DNA of 64,000 nucleotides, taken from Nitrospirota bacterium. GTDB lineage: Bacteria; Nitrospirota; UBA9217. The stretch spans positions 352,001 to 416,000 of the forward strand of contig CAWBNQ010000005.1 of NCBI GenBank assembly GCA_963790205.1, given 5' to 3'. The position numbers and the translations under genes were made by a program. The notes below the pieces were generated by a model. That model saw nothing but the letters and a program-made list of their open reading frames with translations, was not told where the DNA came from and searched no databases. Shown piece by piece: positions 48,903 through 58,964 of the stretch. Positions within the stretch are counted from its first letter, which is position 1. Each line of letters opens with the position of its first letter.

Positions 48903-49853
48903 TTATTCAACCGCGACGAATCCCGTGACACCTTTGTGGATATTTTCGCTGATCCTTCTCGCAAGAGCCAGCGCCCTCCGCCCTTCGACACCCGAAACAA
49001 GCGGCCGGGTGCCGGTCTGAATGCTCCGCACAAAGGCCCGTATCTCTTCATGCAGGGTATCGCGCCTTTCGGTGGGGATATTGCTCGCGATCAGCTCGGG
49101 GACACCGTTGCCGCCCTTTCGCGAGACAGACGCCTTCTGCGTCTGATAATCGGACACATAAACGCTCTCCTCGTCAAACACTCGAAGCAGGCGCTTTTTT
49201 TCGTCCGATATCCTGCTGGCCGTCACATCGGCAACGCACCCGTTGTGAAAAACAATCCTCGCCGTTGCCAGGTCGATCTCCTTCGTAATGACCGAAGCCC
49301 CTGCGGCGCATACTTCTTTCAGTTCCGACCCGGCGAGATCGGAGACGATATCGAGGTCGTGGATCATCAGGTCGAGCACGACATTCACATCAGTACAGCG
49401 GACCGTAAACGGCGCTGCCCGTTCAGCCGTTATATACCGCGGGGACTTAAGCAGGGCCTTGACCGCGGTGACAGCCGGATTGAACCGCTCGATATGACCG
49501 ATCTGAAGGATCAGGCCCTTTCTGTTCGCGAGGTCGATCAACTCATCAGCCTGCTCCAGGGTAACGGTAATGGGTTTCTCCAGAAGGACGTGGACCCCGT
49601 GCTTCAAAAAACGTTTTGCCACCTGGTGATGATACGCTGTCGGGACAACGATGTTCACCGCATCGACCAGGCCGAGAAGTTGATCCGGTCCTGAGAATGC
49701 CCGCGTGTTCTGTTTCTTCGCGATCAGCGCTGCCCGGGCCGGGTCAGCATCAACAACTCCGACGAGCTCCACCTCGGGGATGCCCGCATATTTCTCGGCA
49801 TGAAATTGTCCGAGATAACCGACGCCGATGACTCCGACCCTGAGGCTCTTCAT
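48903..49853 (-). CDS. gnnA: Gfo/Idh/MocA oxidoreductase, GnnA-like
   Basis: GVGYLG, EKPI, GHIERFNP, DLMIHDLD; operon position. Confidence 0.8.
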   Translation of the reverse strand: MKSLRVGVIGVGYLGQFHAEKYAGIPEVELVGVVDADPARAALIAKKQNTRAFSGPDQLLGLVDAVNIVVPTAYHHQVAKRFLKHGVHVLLEKPITVTLEQADELIDLANRKGLILQIGHIERFNPAVTAVKALLKSPRYITAERAAPFTVRCTDVNVVLDLMIHDLDIVSDLAGSELKEVCAAGASVITKEIDLATARIVFHNGCVADVTASRISDEKKRLLRVFDEESVYVSDYQTQKASVSRKGGNGVPELIASNIPTERRDTLHEEIRAFVRSIQTGTRPLVSGVEGRRALALARRISENIHKGVTGFVAVE

Positions 49854-50671
49854 TCCGTTCCTGCCCGGTCCTCGATCGCCACGATCGCAATTCCGGAATG
49901 GTCAGCAGCCGCGGTAACCGCTTCCCGGTCGAAGATAATGGTCTTTCCCGCTTCAACAGCCAGACAGGAGGCCTTCACCTCGTGCATGGTGTCCATCGTC
50001 TGCATCCCGACGGCGGGAAGATCGAAACGCAGGTCCTGGTGCGGTTTGCAAATCTTCACCACGACAGCGCCTTGACCGCACAAACGGCCGCCGCGACGTA
50101 TGGCCTCATCGGTGCCCTCGATCGCCTCCACGGCGAGCACCGCCTGGTTCTTCACCACAACGGTCTGCCCGATGTCCAGCCTGCCGATCTCCTTGGCCGT
50201 CTCCCAGCCGAATTCAATATCTTTCTTTTCGTCCTTTGACGGCTTTCTCCTGGTCAGCACGCCGGCAGGAGCCAGCAAATTGTCGAGGTAGAGCGTTGAC
50301 TCCCGGACCGTAATTCCTTCGGATTCCAGTTCAGCCGCAACGGCGCGGAGAATAGAGTCGTCTTTTTTGTAAAGCATCTTGGCAAGAAGGGCCGCCGCTC
50401 TGAGGTCCGGCATGCCCCCCTTGAACAAACGGGTCTTTTTGATACCGCCGGCCATTAAAACGTCGTGAACATCCTGTTCCTTGAAGATGGAAATGAGCTT
50501 GCCGAGTTGCCCCACCTTGATCCAGGAGATGGCGTCCACCCACTGTGAAAGCTCGGGAAGGGTTTCTCCCTCGTGGGCCACGGCGATGACCTGCAGTCCC
50601 TTCTCTTTTGCCGCTCGCGCAAATGCGACGGGGAAAGTCCCGTTGCCGGCGATCAAACCGATTTTATTCAT
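49850..50671 (-). CDS. lpxI: UDP-2,3-diacylglucosamine hydrolase LpxI
   Basis: GLIAGNG, DIGQTVV, EAIEGTD, QDLRFDLP. Confidence 0.93.
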   Translation of the reverse strand: MNKIGLIAGNGTFPVAFARAAKEKGLQVIAVAHEGETLPELSQWVDAISWIKVGQLGKLISIFKEQDVHDVLMAGGIKKTRLFKGGMPDLRAAALLAKMLYKKDDSILRAVAAELESEGITVRESTLYLDNLLAPAGVLTRRKPSKDEKKDIEFGWETAKEIGRLDIGQTVVVKNQAVLAVEAIEGTDEAIRRGGRLCGQGAVVVKICKPHQDLRFDLPAVGMQTMDTMHEVKASCLAVEAGKTIIFDREAVTAAADHSGIAIVAIEDRAGTE

Positions 50672-50699
50672 AGTTCACGGTCATCCGTTTTTGGGTGCT

Positions 50700-51497
50700 C
50701 TATCTCGTGATCCCTCGCTTTGAAGTGCGAATGAAATCCACGAGTAAATGTACTTCCGATGAATCCGGGAATTCATCCAGCGCCCGACGGATCGCCTCAT
50801 CCTGCGTCAAGCCGGACCGGAATATGATTTTATAGGCCTTCTTAAGCGTTGCGATGGCGGCATCGCTGAACCCTTTTCTCTTAAGACCGACAAGGTTCAG
50901 ACCATACAGCTGGGCACGGTTGCCGGCTGCGCTGACATAGGGCGGGATGTCGAGGGATACCGCCGATTGTCCGCCGATGATGGAGTAGGGGCCGATCTTC
51001 ACAAACTGGTGCACGGCAACGATCCCTCCGAGAATGGCGTGATCGCCGACTACGATGTGTCCGCCGAGGGCGACCGAATTGGCCATAATGATGTTGTTTC
51101 CCAGTTTGCAGTCGTGGGCAACGTGGGAGTAGGCCATGAAGAAGTTCTTATCGCCGATCTCCGTTTTCCGGTCCTCTTTGGTCGTCGCCCGGTGCACGGT
51201 CGCGCATTCCCTGATGACGTTGTCATTGCCGATGACGAGGTACGTCTCTTCGCCGCGGTATCCGATGTCCTGCGGCGGCGTGCCGATGCTCGAAAAGGAA
51301 TGAATGTGGTTTCTCTCGCCGATCGTGGTCCACCCCTCGACCAATACATGGGAAGCGATCTTCGTATCTTTGCCGATCGCGGCATGTTCGCCGATGACCG
51401 AATAGGGCCCGATCTCCACCCCCTCGGCGATCCGGGCATCCGGATGCACGATAGCTGTCGGATGTATATTCACCTTGTTCTCCAGAATTTTCTGCAT
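50700..51497 (-). CDS. lpxA: UDP-GlcNAc (or GlcNAc3N) acyltransferase
   Basis: IHPTAIV hexapeptide repeats, PQD, HVAHDC, VHQF, GLNLVGLKR. Confidence 0.96.
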   Translation of the reverse strand: MQKILENKVNIHPTAIVHPDARIAEGVEIGPYSVIGEHAAIGKDTKIASHVLVEGWTTIGERNHIHSFSSIGTPPQDIGYRGEETYLVIGNDNVIRECATVHRATTKEDRKTEIGDKNFFMAYSHVAHDCKLGNNIIMANSVALGGHIVVGDHAILGGIVAVHQFVKIGPYSIIGGQSAVSLDIPPYVSAAGNRAQLYGLNLVGLKRKGFSDAAIATLKKAYKIIFRSGLTQDEAIRRALDEFPDSSEVHLLVDFIRTSKRGITR

Positions 51498-51502
51498 ACC
51501 TA

Positions 51503-51943
51503 TTAGTCTTTATCCACGATCATGGCCATCATCTCCGCCTCGGCGACGACCGCCCCGTCCACTTTCGCTTCAGCTTTAAAGCTCTTGACGTTGCCGCGGG
51601 CCCGTATCAATGTCAGTTCAAAGCGCACCTGGTCTCCCGGCAGAACGGGTTTGCGGAATTTGGCTTTATCGATGCTCATGAAATAGAGGACCTTTTTCTT
51701 GACCTCTTCCGCCGGCAAGGACATCAGCGCCATCACTCCGCCAGTCTGTGCCATGGCCTCCAGGAGCAGTACGCCCGGCATGATGGGGTGGCCGGGAAAG
51801 TGTCCTTGGAAAAAGGGCTCGTTGATCGTCACGTTCTTGAGCCCCACAACCCGTTTATCCGCCTCGAATTCGAGGATGCGATCAATCATCAGAAATGGAT
51901 AACGGTGCGGAAGAAAATCCATAACTTCATTAATGCCGAGCAT
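51503..51943 (-). CDS. fabZ: 3-hydroxyacyl-ACP dehydratase
   Basis: [26 protein letters not shown]. Confidence 0.97.
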   Translation of the reverse strand: MLGINEVMDFLPHRYPFLMIDRILEFEADKRVVGLKNVTINEPFFQGHFPGHPIMPGVLLLEAMAQTGGVMALMSLPAEEVKKKVLYFMSIDKAKFRKPVLPGDQVRFELTLIRARGNVKSFKAEAKVDGAVVAEAEMMAMIVDKD

Positions 51944-51967
51944 GGTTACTCCCCTCTCTCTTCATTA

Positions 51968-52993
51968 TTATAATGAGGTTTTCTCATTCAATTCCTGGAG
52001 CTTCTTTTCCAGTTTCGTGATTGCCTTCTTGAGCTCCGGCAGTTTCGGCAGGACCGCCTGCACCTTGAGCCAGTCCCTGATCGGCATGGCGTTGAAGCCC
52101 GCGATGATCTGGCCCGCCTCCACGTCTTTGGTGATGACCGCCTTGCCGCCCGCCATGACCCGATCTCCCACGATTGTGTGGTCCGCCACTCCTGCCTGGC
52201 CTCCGAAAATCACGTAGTTCCCGAGCGTGCTGCTTCCGGCGATACCAACCTGGCCGGCGATCAGACAATGCTCGCCGATCGTAACATTGTGGGCGATATG
52301 CACCTGGTTATCGAGCTTGGTCCCCTGCTTTATCAGGGTATTCCCGAGAGTGGCCCGGTCGATTGAACAGTTGGCGCCTATCTCAACATCATCTTCGATG
52401 ATAACGCCGCCCACCTGCGGAATCTTATGATGTTTCCCGCCTTCGGTCACGAAACCGAACCCATCGCTGCCGATCACCGTGCCGGAGTGAATGATGACTC
52501 GCTTGCCCACGGTTATTTTGTGTCCGATGCTTACATTTGCGTAAATGACGGAGTCATCATCGATAACGGAATCCTGTCCCACGAACACCCCGGGATAGAT
52601 CGTGACGCGATTGCCGATCCGCACCTTGTCGGCGAGTACGGCAAAGGGATGAATCGAACAGTCCGTGCCGATCATAACGTCTTTCCCGACGGCGGTCCGG
52701 TCGCTGATGCCCGCAGGGCTGTATGGTTTTACATAAAAGAGCCCGATCGCGCGGGCGAAGGCAAGCCGGGGATTTTTTACCCGCAGCAGCGGCAAGGACA
52801 TATCCGGCGTATCCGTCGGCGCAAGGACCGCCGATGCCCGGGAATGTTCGAGCTCTTTAAGATAGTTCTTCCCCGTGATGAAGGTGATCTGCCCTTCACC
52901 TGCCTCGCGCACTCCCGCTGCGCCCGTAATCTCGGCATCCCCGGACCCCGACAATTCCGCGCCCAGAAGAACCGCCAAATCATTCAGCTTCAT
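51968..52993 (-). CDS. lpxD: UDP-3-O-acylglucosamine N-acyltransferase
   Basis: IGSDGFG, KIPQVG, IDRA, KLDNQVHIAHN. Confidence 0.96.
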   Translation of the reverse strand: MKLNDLAVLLGAELSGSGDAEITGAAGVREAGEGQITFITGKNYLKELEHSRASAVLAPTDTPDMSLPLLRVKNPRLAFARAIGLFYVKPYSPAGISDRTAVGKDVMIGTDCSIHPFAVLADKVRIGNRVTIYPGVFVGQDSVIDDDSVIYANVSIGHKITVGKRVIIHSGTVIGSDGFGFVTEGGKHHKIPQVGGVIIEDDVEIGANCSIDRATLGNTLIKQGTKLDNQVHIAHNVTIGEHCLIAGQVGIAGSSTLGNYVIFGGQAGVADHTIVGDRVMAGGKAVITKDVEAGQIIAGFNAMPIRDWLKVQAVLPKLPELKKAITKLEKKLQELNEKTSL

Positions 52994-53029
52994 GATGATT
53001 CCCCGCCGCCGTAAGGAGCATTCTCCCCG

Positions 53030-53581
53030 CTATTTCTTGACCTCTTCCTTCTTGTCCATCTCGGTAATGAGCTTGTCGGTCAGATCGACGTCCTCATCGG
53101 CATACAGGACCGAGGGGACCTCGGCTTTCGACATAATGTTGATTGTCTTGTTCAAAACCATGGATACCTTTTCCTTTTTTGCGATCTCTTTCAGCACGGA
53201 AACCATCTGCTGGTTGAAGTTGTTCGACAGTTCTTCGTTCTTTTTGCTGATCTCGTTCGTGAATTCGGTACGTTCCTTTTCAAAATCGTTGATTTTGCTG
53301 CTGATAGTCTCTTCTTTTTCCTTTTGCGCCTTGTCGTTCAGCAGCTTCGCCTCTTTCTGTTTTTTGTAATCTTCCTGCAGCTTCTGGATCTCGTTGGCGT
53401 CAACGTCCAGTATCTTCTTGCGGCTCTCAAAGTATTCACGCACGACTGCCTGATACTGTTTGCCGAGCTTCGTTTTGTCAAAAACCGTCTGGGTATCAAC
53501 ATAGGCGATCTTGCCGCTCGATGCCAGTGCGCTTGACGCGATCAGGCCTATTACCGCAACCATCATTAAAATTTTTTTCAT
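53030..53581 (-). CDS. skp: Periplasmic chaperone Skp/OmpH
   Basis: Signal peptide, KIAYVD, coiled coil, DLTDKLI; between bamA and lpxD. Confidence 0.88.
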   Translation of the reverse strand: MKKILMMVAVIGLIASSALASSGKIAYVDTQTVFDKTKLGKQYQAVVREYFESRKKILDVDANEIQKLQEDYKKQKEAKLLNDKAQKEKEETISSKINDFEKERTEFTNEISKKNEELSNNFNQQMVSVLKEIAKKEKVSMVLNKTINIMSKAEVPSVLYADEDVDLTDKLITEMDKKEEVKK

Positions 53582-53626
53582 TGAAGCCTCCTTGTTTTTC
53601 TGTTCATGTAAGTATGTTATCCCGCA

Positions 53627-56021
53627 TCACTGAAACAGCGTGCCGATTGAAAACTCGAACTCGCTTGCCTCGTCGGTAGGTTTTTTATGGATGATATAGC
53701 CCCACTCGAACTGGAGCGGACCGAGCGGCGAAAGCCACCAGAATCCCCAGCCCCAGGCGCTCCTTAAGTCCCGCAGACTTATCCGTGTCGGCTCGTCCGC
53801 CTGCCGGGAGAGGCCGTCGTCAAATGCGCGTCCCATGTCGTAGAAGATTACCCCTTTGAGCCGGGCGGCGGGGACCAGCGGAAAATTGTATTCTAAATTG
53901 AAAACAAGTTCCTTGTTGCCTCCCACACGGTTTCCGAACGGGTCTATGGGGCCCGCAGCGCCGTACCGGAAGCCGCGGACCGTTCCGCTGCCGCCGACAA
54001 AGAACCGTTCGCTGATCGGTATCGGTTTGTCGATCAAAGAACCGACGGAACCGACCCGGCCCCGGGCCATGAGCACCGTGTCCCAGAACATCGGGAAATA
54101 CCACGCCGTATCGGCCACGGACTTGATGAAACTGGGATCGCCCCCGAGCGGGCCTCCGGCGTATTCAACAAATATGGTGTTTCTCGAACCCCTCTTCGGG
54201 TCGAGGTAAAAATCCCGCGAGTCCCGTGTCAGGGACGCGGTGAGCGCGCTCGTGGTAATGAGTGTTCCATAATTGTCGAGCTGTTGCAGCAGCGCGAACG
54301 GCAATGGAGTGACGGTGATATTTTTTGCCTCCGACTGGTCCCAGCCGTAACGGATCGAACCGGAAAGAAATTCATCAAAGCTTTTGCCTGCGCCGAGGGC
54401 GAAACCGTTCGAGTAGAGCATGTAACCGTCGTACTGCTGTTCCTGGCGATAAACATCCACCCTTCCCCATACCGGTTTGTCGAAGAGATAAGGCTCCATA
54501 AAACTGGCCATCAGGACCTTATGCGTGCCGCCCCACTGTGTCTTGAATTTCAGCAGCTGGCCGCGGCCGCCGAGGTTCCCTTGCGTTATTTCGGCTATCC
54601 CCACGAGCTTGTCCACTGAACTGTAGCCGCCGCCCAGGCTCAACGTGCCGGTCATCTTTTCCTTGACCTTGACATTGAGGTCCATAACCGGTTCCTGCAG
54701 CCGGCGCTCAGGCACGATGTCCACCGTCTCGAAAAAGTTAAGGTTGTTGATCCGTTCATAGCTGCGTTTGATCGCTTTTTTGCTGTAAAGATCTCCCTCG
54801 TCCAGCCGCATCTCGCGCCGGATCACCTTGTCCCTGGTCTTGGAATTGCCGGTGATGTTGATCCTGCCGATCGTGATCTCGCCGCCCTCCTGGATGTCGA
54901 TGGTGATGGCGACGGTTTTCGTGCCCTGGTCGATGTTGAAAAGCGGCACCACGCTCGCAAAGGGCCGGGCGAGGCCGTCGTAGCGGTCCATGATCCTGTT
55001 CACATCCTGCCTGAGCACTTCCCTGCTGAAAATATCGCCCTGCTTGAGCTTGATCTCCTTTTCGAGCTCGCTGTCGGAAAGGATCGAGTTGCCCTTGAAG
55101 GTGACCGAGCCGACCCTGAACTGGTCGCCTTCCTTGATATTGATGCCCACGACGAGTTCGTCTTTCACCGTGAGCGGTCGTGAGCTTGCCGTAAACGTAA
55201 CGCTCTTCGTCGGGAAGCCATATCCGGGCGCGCCTCATCACTGTTTTTTGCGTGATGACCGGCTCATCCACCTGCACCTGAATGTAGCCCTTGTTGTAAT
55301 AGAGGTTCCTGATGGTCTCAAGGTCTTCCTTGAGCTCTTCCGTCCGCAGCGTGCCGCTCCGTCCGAGGAATGAAAAGAACCAGTGTTCCTGGGTCTTGAG
55401 CGGCTTCTTGATCTCGTCCGCCGATAAGGCCTTATTGCCGGTGATGACGATCTCCGACAGCTTTACCTTGTCCCCTTCTTCGATATAGAAAATGACATTC
55501 CGGTCGCCGCCCCGCAGCTCCGTGATCACCGGAACGACGACGGCGTCGTAGTAGCCGTCATCCTGGTATTTCAGCCGTATCTTTTCGGCAGTTTCCTGGA
55601 TGAGCTGGATATTAAACGCCGTCCGCGGAAGCAGGGTCATCCCCTCTTTCAGTTTCTCCGTGGACAGCTCGTCATTGCCTTCAAAGGTGATCTCGCGGAT
55701 GAGCGGTTTTTCCTTGACGGAAAAAATGACCTTGAGCCCGTTCTCAAACCCCTCGGTCTTGACCTGGACGTCTTCAAAGTGTCCGAGCTGATACAGCGTC
55801 TTGATGTCATCTTTGATCTGCGCCGGAGAGAAATTTTCTCCTGCTTTGGTTTTTATCTTGGCGAGAATCGTCGCCGTCTCTATCCGTTTGTTGCCTTGAA
55901 TTTCGAGCAGGGTGACCTTAGGTGTCTCTTCGGTTTTTGCAGGTTCTGCCGCTTTGGAAACCGTCTGCAGGGAAAGAAGCATGAGGGCGCACAATCCGGT
56001 AACAACGAGTTGTCTGACCAC
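53627..56021 (-). CDS. bamA: Outer membrane protein assembly factor BamA, +1 frameshift near 55176
   Basis: POTRA repeats (GNKRIE, KTRDKVIRRE) and barrel with VRGF motif and FEFSIG terminus, split over ORFs 54756-56021 and 53627-55168. Confidence 0.93.
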
Positions 56022-56098
56022 TTTTCTTGACGACCTCCGCTATCCTCGACTAAGAACGGATTACTATAGCATTTACAAGATGATGTGTAAACAAAAAT

Positions 56099-57229
56099 TT
56101 ATAAAGCGAGCCTCGCCAGGGCTTCATCTGCAAGCAAAAAACCTCTTTCCGTAAGCCTGATCCGTCCTTTCGATTCCTCGATCAGGCCGGCCTGGATCAG
56201 CGGAGCTGCATTCTTCTCAAGCAGCTGTACCAGACCGGCGCCGAAGACCCGTTCATAGCGCACCCGGTCCACGCCTTGGACCGTCCTGAGGCCGAGCATG
56301 ACCGTTTCGTTCGCGGCCTGCCGGAAGTTCGCGACTTCCCCGTCCTCAACGACAGACAGCCCTGCCTTCATCCGCAGGGAATATTCGCGCACATCGGCAA
56401 TGGCATGATATCTCTTTCCGGAGATAAACGACCACGCGCCGGGACCGAGCCCGAGGTACTCTCCCCGTTCCCAATAGTTCATGTTGTGACGGCACGTAAA
56501 ACCGGGCAGCGAGAAATTCGATATCTCATAACGGCTGTAGCCTGCGCGGCCCAGGTTCCTCACTGCGAGCTCATACAGGGCCGCCGCCTGTTCGTCCCCG
56601 GGCAGCGCAAACCTGCCTGCCTCGGTCTCTCTCCTGAACCGGGAGTTTTCATCGACAGACAGGCTGTATGCCGATACATGCTCGGGCTCAAGGCCCATTA
56701 CTCTCTTCAGCGTCTCGTTCCAGTCATCAGCGGTCTGACCCGGGACGCCGTATATAAGATCCATGCCGATATTGGCAAACCCCGCATTTCTCGCGAGATT
56801 GAAGGCATCAGCGGCCTCCGTGGCGCTGTGAACTCTTCCGAGGACCTTCAGAACATCATCGTTAAAAGACTGAACTCCCAGGCTCAGCCTGTTGACGCCC
56901 GCTTCCCGTAACAGGGTCAGCTGACCGTCTGAAACCGTGCCGGGATTTGCCTCAATCGTACATTCAGCATCCTGGGAAAGATGAAAATGCTTCTGTATGG
57001 CTGCGATGAGCCTCTCCAACTGGCCGGAGGAAAGTGTGGTCGGCGTCCCCCCGCCGATATACACGCTGTCGAATGTCCGGCCATTGAACGCATGCTGATA
57101 GTTTGCGGCCTCGATACGCAGGGCGGCGATATACTCATCTGCCTGCCGGAGAGTATAGGTCGTGGAATAAAAGCCACAGTAGTGGCATTTTCCAGCACAA
57201 AAGGGAACATGTATGTAAAGCGACAACAT
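56099..57229 (-). CDS. hemW: Radical SAM heme chaperone HemW (HemN-like)
   Basis: LYIHVPFCAGKCHYCGF, GGGTPT, YEISN, HNMNYW. Confidence 0.9.
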   Translation of the reverse strand: MLSLYIHVPFCAGKCHYCGFYSTTYTLRQADEYIAALRIEAANYQHAFNGRTFDSVYIGGGTPTTLSSGQLERLIAAIQKHFHLSQDAECTIEANPGTVSDGQLTLLREAGVNRLSLGVQSFNDDVLKVLGRVHSATEAADAFNLARNAGFANIGMDLIYGVPGQTADDWNETLKRVMGLEPEHVSAYSLSVDENSRFRRETEAGRFALPGDEQAAALYELAVRNLGRAGYSRYEISNFSLPGFTCRHNMNYWERGEYLGLGPGAWSFISGKRYHAIADVREYSLRMKAGLSVVEDGEVANFRQAANETVMLGLRTVQGVDRVRYERVFGAGLVQLLEKNAAPLIQAGLIEESKGRIRLTERGFLLADEALARLAL

Positions 57230-57327
57230 ATTGATTTATAATTATATATGCGCGACAAAGATAAAGCAGAACCGGCAACGGTGGGACTAAATGCAACCCC
57301 TATGCCATTGAGGGGAAGACGGGCTCT

Positions 57328-57792
57328 CTATGGTCTCGGGATCGTGATGATGAGCGCAGACTCATCGCAGTCGGGAAACTTGATGCAGTTGAGGCAGTCA
57401 GTCCATATTTTGTGCGGGAGCTCTTTCTTGTCAACGTCGATAAAACCCAATTTTCTGAAAAACCCGTCCTGGTAGGTCAGTACGAAGACCCTCTCGATCC
57501 GAAGATGGGCGGCTTCCGCCAGACAGTGCCTTACCAGTTCGGCGCCGATTCCCTGCTTCATCCTGTCCCGCCGGACTGCAAGCGACCGGATCTCGGCCAG
57601 TCCGTCCCAGCTCACGTGGAGCGCACAGACGCCGATGAGCGCGCTTTTTTCCTCGAACACGTGAAAATCGCGCAAATATTCATAAAGCTCGTTGAGGCTG
57701 CGGGGAAGCATCTGACCCGAGTCGGCAAACTGGTTAACGAGCGACTGGATCGCTTTCACGTCCGTTATGTTCGCCTTTCGTATCATAGGCAA
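57328..57792 (-). CDS. argA: Short-form amino-acid N-acetyltransferase (ArgA-like GNAT)
   Basis: MLPRSLNELYE, AEIRSLAV, LPHKIWTDCLNCIKFPDCDE. Confidence 0.8.
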   Translation of the reverse strand: MPMIRKANITDVKAIQSLVNQFADSGQMLPRSLNELYEYLRDFHVFEEKSALIGVCALHVSWDGLAEIRSLAVRRDRMKQGIGAELVRHCLAEAAHLRIERVFVLTYQDGFFRKLGFIDVDKKELPHKIWTDCLNCIKFPDCDESALIITIPRP

Positions 57793-58179
57793 AAACTACT
57801 ATGTTAAAGCGTCAAAGTCAATAAAAATAAAAAGGTAAAACAATGCCGGCCCATTCGCCGCTCCGCGCTCGTGGTTATGAGAAATGAGACGAAGTCACGT
57901 CACCGAACCCTGGCGGGCACCGGGCGCGCTTCAAACAAAAAAGAATCGCGCAAACAAGGCAATGGCGCTTCGGACGTTCGAATATTTTTCATACTTAGCT
58001 ATTGCTAAGAAAAAATCTTTCTGCTATATTGCCAGTCAAAATTACAATGCAGGTTTCGATTGTGAGGGACCGTGAGGCTGCGGTAGAGAGCAAAAAGGCG
58101 TTTGTGGGCAAACAAATGCATCCACGACCTATGCTTTAATTTGCCGGTATGAACGCCGGGGTTTCAGGGGTAACAATGT

Positions 58180-58845
58180 ATGAATAAGTTCACGTCCAGT
58201 ATAGTATTAATAGTTATCGTTGCTCTATCCGCCGCCGGGTTGGGACTCACGGGATGTTCAAAGCAAAGCGGGAAATTGATACAGATTACGGTTACTCCTG
58301 CTGACACCATCATTCCTGCCGGGACGAATGGTCAATTTGAGGCTTATGCGATCTTTTCCGACGGAACCATGCTGAACTGGACGACGGCGGTAACCTGGAG
58401 CACCTCGAATGACACGGTGGCGACCATCAGCAATTCCCTGGGTTCATACGGTCTTGCGACGGCCCGCAGCTCCACGAGCACAAGCGCAACCGTAAACCCG
58501 ATTATAATTACCGCCACGGACACAGTAAACAACATCTCCGGTGCAGCAACCCTGAGGGTTACCGCTACCCCGTTCGTGTCCATTTCCGTGACTCCAATCA
58601 ACCTACTACTTGTTTCTGCCGGCACAACAACACAGTATCATGCAACAGGAATTTGTGCAGACGGTTCGTCGATTGATTTGACGTCGTTGGCGATTTGGAG
58701 TTCATCGAATGAAGCGGTTGCAACCGTCAACGATACCGGTGGTTCGAACGGTCTCGTCACTGCTGTTGCCGGCGGCACAACGAAGATCACGGCAAGAAGG
58801 CCCTCGGCAGGCGTATCGGGAAATACGTCGTTGTCGGTCCGCTGA
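58180..58845 (+). CDS. Lipoprotein with two Big_2 (Ig-like) domains
   Basis: Lipobox LTGC; two ITVTP...WSSSN..VATV...GLVTA repeats. Confidence 0.85.
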   Translation: MNKFTSSIVLIVIVALSAAGLGLTGCSKQSGKLIQITVTPADTIIPAGTNGQFEAYAIFSDGTMLNWTTAVTWSTSNDTVATISNSLGSYGLATARSSTSTSATVNPIIITATDTVNNISGAATLRVTATPFVSISVTPINLLLVSAGTTTQYHATGICADGSSIDLTSLAIWSSSNEAVATVNDTGGSNGLVTAVAGGTTKITARRPSAGVSGNTSLSVR

Positions 58846-58964
58846 AACAATCGTCAGTTCGCCCGCGCAGCTTGGTATGGGCAACAACTTTTTCACTGCT
58901 CTTCGCGCGCATTCGCCGTGGAGGCTCTGCAGGAGATTTTTCAGGATATCGGGGGTTTTAGATT

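Noticed and set aside
58060..58170. c-di-GMP-I riboswitch upstream of the Ig lipoproteins (ggcaaac)
   Set aside because: No GAAA-loop stem or GACGCAAAG segment; only a short hairpin.
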